A stretch of DNA of 64,000 nt from Phycisphaerales bacterium. Lineage in GTDB: Bacteria > Planctomycetota > Phycisphaerae > Phycisphaerales > UBA1924. The notes under the pieces are model-generated. The model saw only the letters and a list, made by a program, of their open reading frames with translations. It was not told the origin of the DNA and searched no databases. The stretch spans positions 31,433 through 95,432 of the forward strand of contig JASBRY010000007.1 in the NCBI GenBank assembly GCA_030149165.1, given 5' to 3'. A program made the translations under genes and the position numbers. Position 1 is the first letter of the stretch. Each line of letters starts with the position of its first letter. Below, piece by piece: positions 50,002 through 58,779 of the stretch.

Positions 50002-51348
50002 ATGCATTACACCCATTCATTCAGTTCCCTACTTCTCGTTGCCTGCGCTGGTTCAATCTCGCACGCGAGCTATCCGATCCAACTCGAACCCACCGCCGCG
50101 AACATCCGCCACGCCGGACATATCTACTTTAACATTGCGACGGGCGAGAAGGTCACTACGCTGATCGACGCAGGTGATCGGCAAGACGCGGTCTCATTGC
50201 AACCCGGCTCGGAGATATGGATCGCCGACACAGGCGCTCAATGTGCTGACCAAGGATTCTCGACTGAGTTTTTCTTTGGTCTTGATGACGCTGATGCAAC
50301 GACTCCTACTTCGTTGTCGCTGAATGCAATGTGCCTCGACTGGGGCGACATTGCCCCAGACACAGTCGTTGATATGGTGCAGGTCCATTGGGTCTCGGAT
50401 CATGCCGACACAGACACCGATTCCGACAGCATCGCCGACGGCATCGAAGGTTTCGCAGCAAACTGGATTTACTGGGATGCCATGAACGGCAGATCGCCAC
50501 AACTGGACTGCACCGCTCTGCCGATCATCCTGTTCCAGTTGGAAAGTCTTCCAGGTGAGTATCCGGAAGACACCGCAACGCTCGCTTTCTGGACCGCAGA
50601 TATAGATCTCGGCGCCTCTTTCGGGACATCACTCACCTTCGAGATCGGTGATACAGATTCTGACAAGCAAGGCGCGAGTGTTCATAATCCAAGACTTGAC
50701 CTTCAAGACAACGATTCGGATTCGATACCTGACATCGACCACGACAATGACGGCTTAGCAGATTGGGGGTGGTCGATCCAGTTCATCCAGCCAGGAACAG
50801 TGGATCTCGACAACGCCGATAGTGACGACGACATCCTGACCGGCATTGATGGTGATCCCGCTGCACTTGCGACAGCCGGGATCGTATTCGGATCACCCAC
50901 ACCAGGTCACGCAGAGATGGACACCGCCGGGAACTGGGAATGGGTATCGGATGGTCCAACCGCTGGTGTAACCGAAGATGCATTCGCCTTAGCGAGTACA
51001 ACAAACCCTGACGGCTCGGGTCTCATGACCATCGCAGGTACCTTCTTCTTCGGAGGTCTCGAGTGTGTTGCTGATCCAACATTTGGTCAGTACACACCTG
51101 CCGCTCACTTCCAAGCCATTCTTTATGGTGTCGGAAGTGTGGCTTGCCCATGGGATATTGCCGGGAATCCGGATGGAACCCCAGACGGCTCGCTGAACTT
51201 CCTCGATGTCTCGGCGTACTTAAGTTTGTTCAGTCAGGGTGAACCATGCACTGATCTCGCTGGCAATCCCGATGGGACTCCAGACGGACAGCTCAACTTC
51301 ATCGATCTCTCTGCATTCTTGGCAGGATTCGCAGCTGGTTGCCCTTGA
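50002..51348 (+). CDS. Secreted Asp-rich protein, paralog C, with C-terminal dockerin-like module ending GCP
   Basis: The signal peptide is MHYTHSFSSLLLVACAGSISHA. It is closest to paralog A, with long near-identical nucleotide stretches. The tail ends ...NFIDLSAFLAGFAAGCP. Confidence 0.85.
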   Translation: MHYTHSFSSLLLVACAGSISHASYPIQLEPTAANIRHAGHIYFNIATGEKVTTLIDAGDRQDAVSLQPGSEIWIADTGAQCADQGFSTEFFFGLDDADATTPTSLSLNAMCLDWGDIAPDTVVDMVQVHWVSDHADTDTDSDSIADGIEGFAANWIYWDAMNGRSPQLDCTALPIILFQLESLPGEYPEDTATLAFWTADIDLGASFGTSLTFEIGDTDSDKQGASVHNPRLDLQDNDSDSIPDIDHDNDGLADWGWSIQFIQPGTVDLDNADSDDDILTGIDGDPAALATAGIVFGSPTPGHAEMDTAGNWEWVSDGPTAGVTEDAFALASTTNPDGSGLMTIAGTFFFGGLECVADPTFGQYTPAAHFQAILYGVGSVACPWDIAGNPDGTPDGSLNFLDVSAYLSLFSQGEPCTDLAGNPDGTPDGQLNFIDLSAFLAGFAAGCP

Positions 51349-51544
51349 TTTTGAGCAGGAAATGGATCTTTCTGGGTCTTTTGTACTATGCCCTAGGTCC
51401 TCTCCGCTAAGCAACCAAAAGAACACTCTGTTTTGATCCCAAACGCTCAATGGGTGCTTGTGCGCGTGTGCATACGGACTTACTTTCTGCGTAGTGAGCA
51501 ATGAATGCTCACATCATTCTGACAACAGTATTTTGAGGGTCATC

Positions 51545-52783
51545 ATGACAACGCAACTGATCATCACACTGATCGCATCATCTGGAATCGCTTTAGCAGC
51601 AAACACACCTACCTCAATCGAGTATGAGAGAGCTCAGCTCCACCACGCCGGACACTTGTACTTCAACATCGCGACCGGCGAGCGCCTCCTCACCCCGATC
51701 GATACCGCGGATGTACAAGCCGCCGCGTCGGGAGACGCAGAACCGATCTGGGTGGTCAGTGGTCCAGCAAACGGATGCGATGCCGCAGGCTCATCAAATA
51801 CTTACTTTGTGCTCGATACCGATTCAGGGTTTTCGTCCGGTTCAGTCAGTCCCGCATTGTTTGATTGGGGAGATATCCCATCGGACACCGTTGTGGATTG
51901 TGTGCAGATTCACTGGATCACTGATCATGCGGACACCGATACGAACTCCGATGGATTCGCAGACGCAAGCATCGGTTTCGGAGCAACCTGGACCTTTTGG
52001 GATGGTTTGAATGGCCGAGCGCCACAACTCTTCTCGACCGCACTCCCGCTCGTCGAACTCACATTCACACTCCCAGGCGAATATCCCAGCGATACCGCGA
52101 CCGTCGCGTATTACACTGCAGACATCGACCTTGCTGGATCCTTCGGATCGCCTGCAAACTTCGAGATTGGTGACACCGATTCAGATCCACAAGGCGCGGC
52201 CCTGTTCAATCCACGCATGGATTTGCAAGACAATGATTTCGATGGCATACCAGATCTGGACATCGACCAAGATGGACTCGCCGATTGGGGATGGTCAATC
52301 GACTTCCATCAACCTGGTACATACGACCTCGATAACGCCGACGGCGATTCGGATCCGATGACTGGAGTTGATGGAGATCTGAATGACTTTGCTCAAGCGG
52401 GTCTTGCGTTTGGGCTCCCCCAGCCCGGACAAGCCGTGTTCGATCCAGACTCCGGGACATGGTCGTGGGTAACAGAGCCAGGAGCAGCGAATGTGGAAGA
52501 TGCATTCGGATTGCTGTTGCCAAACTTTGGAGACCCGTTCTATGACGGCCCATTCTGGATTGGAGGATTCAACTGCGATCCGTACCAACCATTCGCGGCT
52601 TTCCAGATGATCCTCTATCAACAAATGAACGGATGCAGCGCCGATGTCAACGACGACGGAGATCTGAACTTCCTCGATGTCTCATTCTTCATCAGCAAGC
52701 AGATCGACTACAACGAGGACATGTCGTTCAACTTCCTCGATGTTTCGGAGTTTCTCGCAGATTTCGCGATAGGCTGCCCGTAA
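51545..52783 (+). CDS. Secreted Asp-rich protein, paralog D (most divergent), with C-terminal dockerin-like module ending GCP
   Basis: The ATG at 51545 follows GAGGG. The signal peptide is MTTQLIITLIASSGIALA. Conserved blocks are HHAGHLYFNIATGER, IHWITDHADTDTNSDGFAD and DQDGLADWGWSIDFHQPG. The tail is CSADVNDDGDLNFLDVSFF...NFLDVSEFLADFAIGCP. Confidence 0.82.
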   Translation: MTTQLIITLIASSGIALAANTPTSIEYERAQLHHAGHLYFNIATGERLLTPIDTADVQAAASGDAEPIWVVSGPANGCDAAGSSNTYFVLDTDSGFSSGSVSPALFDWGDIPSDTVVDCVQIHWITDHADTDTNSDGFADASIGFGATWTFWDGLNGRAPQLFSTALPLVELTFTLPGEYPSDTATVAYYTADIDLAGSFGSPANFEIGDTDSDPQGAALFNPRMDLQDNDFDGIPDLDIDQDGLADWGWSIDFHQPGTYDLDNADGDSDPMTGVDGDLNDFAQAGLAFGLPQPGQAVFDPDSGTWSWVTEPGAANVEDAFGLLLPNFGDPFYDGPFWIGGFNCDPYQPFAAFQMILYQQMNGCSADVNDDGDLNFLDVSFFISKQIDYNEDMSFNFLDVSEFLADFAIGCP

Positions 52784-52811
52784 AGGAACAGGAACAGTGT
52801 GGTTTGGAAAC

Positions 52812-52834
52812 GAGGCCGTCCATAGGGCGGCCTC
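52812..52834 (+). terminator. Weak terminator-like hairpin after the paralog array
   Basis: A 7-bp stem (gaggccg / cggcctc) with a 9-nt loop. It is followed only by TT, so it is a poor U-tract. Confidence 0.3.
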
Positions 52835-53026
52835 TTCCATGCGCCAAGAAGCGGCACTTCGTCAACAATTTGGTATACAAGCCATCTAGTAAATGTGGTC
52901 CAAACTGCGGGTTGAATTCGTCCTCGACTTGGAATAGAATGATCTGTCTAGTGGTTCGCATAGGGTAGTGTGGTGCGGTTTCGTCAACCATAAACTGCAT
53001 AGCTACGAATGAGAAGGAGTCACGCG

Positions 53027-54457
53027 ATGTTCATGAGAATGGTCTACGACGAGAAACTCGCACAAGCCGCGTATCTGATCGGATGTCAGAAAACAGGTGA
53101 AGCCATTGTCATCGACCCAGAGCGTGATGTGGATCGGTATATCCAGCTCGCGCAGGACAACGGCCTCACAATCGTCGCAACAGCAGAAACACACATCCAT
53201 GCGGACTTCGTTTCCGGATCGAGAGAGCTCGCTGAACAAGTCGGAGCGAAGGTCTTTGTCTCTGATGAAGGCGACGCCGATTGGAAATATCAATGGCTCG
53301 ATAAGAAATCAACCGGCGGCAGCTACGACCATCAACTCCTCCACGACGGCGACACCTTCAGCATCGGGAACATCGACTTCAAAGTTCTTCATACACCCGG
53401 ACACACACCAGAACACATCGCGTTTCTCGTGACCGATCGTGGTGGGGGAGCAACCGAACCCATCGGGATAACAACAGGTGACTTTGTTTTCGTTGGAGAT
53501 CTTGGAAGACCTGATCTGCTCGAAACCGCAGCAGGACATCAAGGTGCGATGGAGCCATCCGCCAAACGACTGTATCAATCGCTCGAAACGCTCAAGCAAC
53601 TCCCCGAGTTCATTCAGGTTTGGCCCGCGCACGGAGCCGGATCCGCCTGCGGCAAAGCACTGGGCGCTGTCCCCACAAGCACGATCGGATACGAGCGTCG
53701 CTTCAACTCCGCAATCCAAGCCGCGACGAGCGAGCAGCATTTCGTAGACTTCATCCTCTCAGGTCAACCCGAGCCCCCGCTCTACTTCGCGAACATGAAA
53801 CGCGTGAATAAAGAAGGGCCAAAGGTGCTGGGAGGTTTACCAATCCCTCCACGTATGAACTCGAGCGAACTCCTGCAAATAGATGCATCCGCGATTGCGA
53901 TTATCGACACGCGTGACTGGGATCAGTTCCGAACAGGACATGTTGAAGGATCGCTCTCAATCCCGCTGATCAACACATTCAACACCTACGCCGGATCATT
54001 CATTCGTGAAGACGAGAAGATCGTACTGATCATCGATGCTGAACATCTCGAAGAAGCCGTCCGTGATCTGATCCGTGTCGGACTCGACCACATCATCGGA
54101 TGGGTTGATCCATCCGATCTGGCGCAGATCGAGGACAAGTTGGTTCAAACCAAGCAGTACACAGTCGAACAAGCATCGAGCGAGATCGAATCGGATGAAG
54201 ACCTTCAGCCCCTCGATGTGCGACGAGCCACAGAGTTCGAAGCGGGACATCTTCCCGGCGCGATCAACTCGGCGCACACCCGCATCGCGGACAATCTGGA
54301 TCAACTCCCTAGGGATAAGAAACTCTTGGTCAGTTGTTTGAGTGGGTGCCGTTCCGCGCGCACAAGTTCATTCCTACAACGCAAGGGTTTCGATGTCATC
54401 AACCTCAAAGGCGGCTGGAACGCTTGGCAGGAATCCCAGCCCGCACACACCAAATGA
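53027..54457 (+). CDS. MBL-fold hydrolase (persulfide dioxygenase-like) fused to two rhodanese domains
   Basis: An AAGGAG RBS is present. ETHIHADFVSG and HTPGHTPEH are present. The C-terminal rhodanese domain has the active-site loop CLSGCRS; the middle rhodanese-like domain has no Cys. Confidence 0.85.
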   Translation: MFMRMVYDEKLAQAAYLIGCQKTGEAIVIDPERDVDRYIQLAQDNGLTIVATAETHIHADFVSGSRELAEQVGAKVFVSDEGDADWKYQWLDKKSTGGSYDHQLLHDGDTFSIGNIDFKVLHTPGHTPEHIAFLVTDRGGGATEPIGITTGDFVFVGDLGRPDLLETAAGHQGAMEPSAKRLYQSLETLKQLPEFIQVWPAHGAGSACGKALGAVPTSTIGYERRFNSAIQAATSEQHFVDFILSGQPEPPLYFANMKRVNKEGPKVLGGLPIPPRMNSSELLQIDASAIAIIDTRDWDQFRTGHVEGSLSIPLINTFNTYAGSFIREDEKIVLIIDAEHLEEAVRDLIRVGLDHIIGWVDPSDLAQIEDKLVQTKQYTVEQASSEIESDEDLQPLDVRRATEFEAGHLPGAINSAHTRIADNLDQLPRDKKLLVSCLSGCRSARTSSFLQRKGFDVINLKGGWNAWQESQPAHTK

Positions 54458-54467
54458 AAGACTGATC

Positions 54468-55058
54468 ATGAGTGCAACGATTACCAATGAAGAAGTCAAA
54501 GTCATCGATGTCTCTCCCGAACTCCTCGAGACTTGGCTCAAAGACGGCACCGCCGTCCTCGTCGATGTCCGTGAAGACTTCGAGCATGCCACAGAACGGA
54601 TCGATGACGCTCACCACCACCCCCTGAGCAATTTTGACGCGGAGTCATTACGCAGTGAACATCCGAACAAGCGAGTCGTCTTTCACTGCCGCACAGGAGG
54701 CCGATCAACTGATGCCGCGACCCGATTCAAGAACACAGACGAGGATGTATTCCACCTTGCGGGAGGGATCACCAACTGGAAACAGTCCGGGAAACCAACC
54801 ATCCGCTCAGCCAATGCGCCAAAGCTCGACATCATCCGTCAAGTGCATATCGTGGCAGGCTTGCTCGTACTCAGCGGAGCAATCCTCGCACTCGCTGTGA
54901 ATATCAACTTCGTATACCTCAGCGCCTTTGTTGGTGCCGGACTCACCTTTGCCGGACTCACCGGATGGTGCGGAATGGCGATGCTCCTCGGAAAGATGCC
55001 TTGGAATAAAGTCAACTGCACTTCATGCAGCACCGCATCCAAGCCACAGAGTGCCTGA
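54468..55058 (+). CDS. Rhodanese domain fused to a DUF2892-like two-TM domain (YgaP-like)
   Basis: The active-site loop is HCRTGGRS. The hydrophobic tail is VHIVAGLLVLSGAILALAV...GAGLTFAGLTGWCGMAMLLG. Confidence 0.8.
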   Translation: MSATITNEEVKVIDVSPELLETWLKDGTAVLVDVREDFEHATERIDDAHHHPLSNFDAESLRSEHPNKRVVFHCRTGGRSTDAATRFKNTDEDVFHLAGGITNWKQSGKPTIRSANAPKLDIIRQVHIVAGLLVLSGAILALAVNINFVYLSAFVGAGLTFAGLTGWCGMAMLLGKMPWNKVNCTSCSTASKPQSA

Positions 55059-55073
55059 TCAGATTCGAAACGA

Positions 55074-55901
55074 TTAAGCCCCGATGTCGATGCGTTCAAG
55101 CGAGTCCGCTGGAACCCATCCGTTCTGTGTATTGCGTAGCTCGATGCGGACCCAGCCTCCCTTCGTCTCACGCACAACGCCCTCCGTCCCAATCCCCAAC
55201 GAGCCGCTGTATACTTCGGAATACACACCGCTGCCAGGTCCAGAGAACATCTCTGTTCCAGGCATAACGACGACTATCCCATCGCGATCCATGCCATTGG
55301 AGTAGTCGAACCAGAGCAGCCCAATCCCTGCGATCCCAAGCAGCACGCAAACCAAAGCACTTCGAATCAGTTTCAATCGTGTGCTGCTGAGGACAGACGC
55401 GGTGATGAACACACTCGCTATGCCGAGCAGCGCGATCGATCCATACCAGATCATCCATCGATCTATAAAGCCTCGCCATATAAGCAACGCCTGCTTCCAA
55501 TCCCATCCCGACTCCTGCTGCGGAACAGTTGGTTCTACGAACGACCGTGCGTGCTCAAGATTCTCCCGCATCGCCACATCCGTAGGATCAATCGCAAGCC
55601 CCCTCCGATAGTGCAGGATCGATCTCCCGAGATCATTCGCGATGAAGTACGCGTTCCCAAGAGCGAACTCACCCGCTGAGGATTCAATTTCTTCTTGCTC
55701 CATGACGAATGCAAGCTCCGCCGCCGCTTCCTGGATCAACTGTGTTCGGCTCTCAGATTCAGTTGATTGGATCGCATGATCAATCGCCGCAATCGCATCC
55801 TCAAGCGATGCACTGCCCTCTTGCGCCCAAACACACTGAGCAAAGACTCCAAGCACAAGAACCACAATCGACAATCGACATGTATTGAAAAAGTGGTTCA
55901 T
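55074..55901 (-). CDS. batE: BatE-like protein (TPR, TM helices, C-terminal SH3-like domain)
   Basis: It is the last gene of the Bat operon. It has a signal peptide, TPR-like AYFIANDLGRSILHYRRGLAIDP, and a C-terminal GWVRIELRNTQNGWVPADSL. Confidence 0.7.
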   Translation of the reverse strand: MNHFFNTCRLSIVVLVLGVFAQCVWAQEGSASLEDAIAAIDHAIQSTESESRTQLIQEAAAELAFVMEQEEIESSAGEFALGNAYFIANDLGRSILHYRRGLAIDPTDVAMRENLEHARSFVEPTVPQQESGWDWKQALLIWRGFIDRWMIWYGSIALLGIASVFITASVLSSTRLKLIRSALVCVLLGIAGIGLLWFDYSNGMDRDGIVVVMPGTEMFSGPGSGVYSEVYSGSLGIGTEGVVRETKGGWVRIELRNTQNGWVPADSLERIDIGA

Positions 55902-57688
55902 GCCAGCACCCTCCGCTTTGTCGAGGTCGTTCGAGTCAGCCCGCGTTTGCGAACATCGTGCCGAATCGCACGAAGGAGTGAGCCGTCCGCTTGTTGCTCG
56001 TCGGATCGTCCGTATTGATTCCCTTCATTTCCTCCAAGCACGACCGTCGATCGTTCGATCAACTCATTGGAGATACCCAGGCGATTCAAATCAGCACCGC
56101 TGATCGAATCAGGTTCAACACCAAGCAACGCGCCCGCATACACACGGATCGCCTGCACATCGTCGCCCTTGGAATGGAGCTTGGATGCTTGTTTCCACGC
56201 TCGATGTACGGCAGCTGCTTTCGGATCAGTATGCCGAATGAAGCCTACATATCCCATCGCCAAACAAGGAAGTGCGACGATCAATCCGAAAGCTCCCTGC
56301 CAGATCGGTTCACGGACGACACTCTGGAATGAGAATGAGCGAGGACCATTGCGGATCGCGTCAGCATCCGGATGCGACCAGAACCGTGATGCCCCAAGTT
56401 CCAGCGTTCCACGATTCGCAGTAGGGGAAGTTTCTGTTTGCACACTCGAAACCACGGCATCATCGAGCGTCACTGATCGAACCGCCCGCACACTGATCGG
56501 GATCGGGTCAGACTCAAACACCTCGAACGAACCCGTCTCAGGATTAAACGCCGGGAGTGTGATCCCTGGGATCTGCTTGACAGAATCATCGAGTGCGCGG
56601 ATCGTCGTTGAAAACAATCGCTCGCCGCTCCGCCGTCGTTCCATTTCTTTCCATCCTTCAGGTGAAACACGGAATCCTTCTGATGCCAGTGACTGCACAT
56701 TTAGAGTCTGTTCCAGTCCAAGCATGGGCTCTGTCCCCGCGACCAGCACACGGATGTCAATCGGATCGCCCACATTCACCTGTGTATTGGATGCATCGGA
56801 GAGCACTTGGTAGGTCCCGATCATGCCGTGGTATCCTGCAGGCATGCCCGCAGTTGGGACATCAATCACACGGACCGTACGAGGCTCAGACTCCGCATAC
56901 ATCCGCATCGATCGCGAAAATCCGTCCTGTCTTGTGAAGACGACCCGGACCGGACCAATATCAAACGAGCCTTCTTGTGTGGCGGTGATCACCAAGTCGA
57001 ATCGCAAGCGTTTCATGCGCGTGCCTTGGTACAGACTGTCATCGAGGTACGAAACAATGTTCTCACCAAGCAACGAGATCGAGTGTTCCTGACCATTCAT
57101 TCCGCTGGGAGTCTTGGGGACCACACGCATCGAATCCGGGAAGACCGAGCTGTTAAAGTTCGTCCCTGAAGTCTGATCACCGATCCACCAGCTGACTCGA
57201 GCAACCACAGACTCACCAACATAAATTGGGCGATCCGGAAGCTCAATCTCAACAATATCTTTATCAGAACTCTGGGGCAGCAATCCCACCATCCGTGCGG
57301 AGTTCGAATGATACCGCTGCCCGTTGACCTGAAGCACAGCCGCCGGAATCGAAATGTCTCCTTCAGAAATCACCATGACCTGATACTGGTGCTTGTAATA
57401 CGAATCTGTGTACGCTCGTTGTCTTCCGTTGACCGACCGCATCGTGGTGAACTTCTGTGATGAAGCGCCCAGATACTCTGCACGCACATTGGATGGGAAG
57501 TCCACTTCAGGAGGTGTCGCGTCATCAGCGCCACGAACCAGGACCTGGTAAGTGACAACATCGCCCACATACGCGCGTTGCCGGGAGAGCTCCGCTTCGA
57601 GCGTGATGCCGCTTCCTGTTTGCGCTCTCGCGATCGTCACCAAACTCAAGATGATCATAAGCGCACTCATGAGTTGTTTAAACATCAC
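55898..57688 (-). CDS. batD: BatD-like oxygen-tolerance protein
   Basis: 596 aa with signal peptide MMFKQLMSALMIILSLVTIARAQ, beta-rich repeats and one C-terminal TM segment. It overlaps both neighbours by 4 nt. Confidence 0.75.
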   Translation of the reverse strand: MMFKQLMSALMIILSLVTIARAQTGSGITLEAELSRQRAYVGDVVTYQVLVRGADDATPPEVDFPSNVRAEYLGASSQKFTTMRSVNGRQRAYTDSYYKHQYQVMVISEGDISIPAAVLQVNGQRYHSNSARMVGLLPQSSDKDIVEIELPDRPIYVGESVVARVSWWIGDQTSGTNFNSSVFPDSMRVVPKTPSGMNGQEHSISLLGENIVSYLDDSLYQGTRMKRLRFDLVITATQEGSFDIGPVRVVFTRQDGFSRSMRMYAESEPRTVRVIDVPTAGMPAGYHGMIGTYQVLSDASNTQVNVGDPIDIRVLVAGTEPMLGLEQTLNVQSLASEGFRVSPEGWKEMERRRSGERLFSTTIRALDDSVKQIPGITLPAFNPETGSFEVFESDPIPISVRAVRSVTLDDAVVSSVQTETSPTANRGTLELGASRFWSHPDADAIRNGPRSFSFQSVVREPIWQGAFGLIVALPCLAMGYVGFIRHTDPKAAAVHRAWKQASKLHSKGDDVQAIRVYAGALLGVEPDSISGADLNRLGISNELIERSTVVLGGNEGNQYGRSDEQQADGSLLRAIRHDVRKRGLTRTTSTKRRVLA

Positions 57689-58779
57689 CAGTCCTCCTTG
57701 ACTTGAACAGGACGCCCTGTCGCGCGATACACCTGTCGGCGTTCCCGCTCGTCGCGTTCCTTATCAAGCAACTGCTGAGCAAGCTCATCGATGGGTTCCC
57801 CATCCTCGCCGACCTGTTCGCTCGGTTGTCCCGGCTGCTCGCCTTGCTGCTGCTCCGACTCCTGCTCTTGCTCAGACTCCCGCATCCGCTGAGCCGCCCG
57901 CTCCAGCGCATCCGCGGCTTCCTGCTGCTTCTCAGCAGCCGTCTCGTTGTCCCCGCGCTCGATCGCTTCCTGCGCCTGTTGCTGCGCTTCTATCGCGTCT
58001 TGCAGATCCTGCTCAGTCTGCTCATCACCCTGCTGTTGTTCTTCGAGCTGTTGGTTTGCTTGTTGTGTCTGATCTGACAACTTTTCTTGCTGCTCGGCGC
58101 GTTCCTGCTGATTCGGCTGCTGGGATTGCGAAGCCGACTCACTCTCCTGACCCTGCTCTCGTTGCTGATCTGCGAGGTCCTGGAGCTGATCGGACATACT
58201 CTGAGATTCGCCGCCCTGTTCCCCGTTTTCACCTTGTTGCTGTTGCTGCTCTTGCTGTTGTTGTTCGATCTGCTCTTTCAAGTCCTCAAGCTGCTGTATC
58301 TGCTTTCTGGTGCGCTCAACATTGCGTTTGGACTCTTGATGTTCTGGATCAGCACGCGAAGCATTTAAGAACGCACGCTCGACAGCTTTCAACTGACTAA
58401 TCATTTTGCCGATCTGTTCCGGATCCATCATGAGTTGGCCGCTCGCATCAACACCACGATTCAGCGCATGCCCAAGGTTAAACATCGCATCCCGGCGTTG
58501 TTCTTGAGTGGTCGCAAATCGTCCAGCTAATCGGAGCGACTCCGCCGCGAACGACAGATCGGGTTCGTTGCCCCGCATCGCGAGCACACCGCGATTGAGC
58601 GCCGCGACATAGCGAGCGGAATCATCATCAGAGAGATCCAGCACCTCGCTGTACAACTCCATCGCGTACACAGTGTCGTCCTCCTGAACATGCAGCGCCG
58701 TCTGCAGGTGCACCATCGGATCGATCTCCTGCGCGTGCAAGACGCTGACAAACATCAGGATCACTACGAGCATCTTCAT
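57685..58779 (-). CDS. batC: BatC-like TPR protein with long Gln/Glu-rich acidic region
   Basis: It has a signal peptide, an N-terminal TPR-like part, then about 190 aa of Q/E-rich low complexity. Confidence 0.7.
   Translation of the reverse strand: MKMLVVILMFVSVLHAQEIDPMVHLQTALHVQEDDTVYAMELYSEVLDLSDDDSARYVAALNRGVLAMRGNEPDLSFAAESLRLAGRFATTQEQRRDAMFNLGHALNRGVDASGQLMMDPEQIGKMISQLKAVERAFLNASRADPEHQESKRNVERTRKQIQQLEDLKEQIEQQQQEQQQQQGENGEQGGESQSMSDQLQDLADQQREQGQESESASQSQQPNQQERAEQQEKLSDQTQQANQQLEEQQQGDEQTEQDLQDAIEAQQQAQEAIERGDNETAAEKQQEAADALERAAQRMRESEQEQESEQQQGEQPGQPSEQVGEDGEPIDELAQQLLDKERDERERRQVYRATGRPVQVKEDW

Noticed and set aside
57732-58302. The repetitive CTG/TTG-rich DNA could be mistaken for a tandem repeat or CRISPR-like array.
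   Set aside because: There is no regular repeat-spacer periodicity. It is in-frame coding low complexity (Gln/Glu) within batC.
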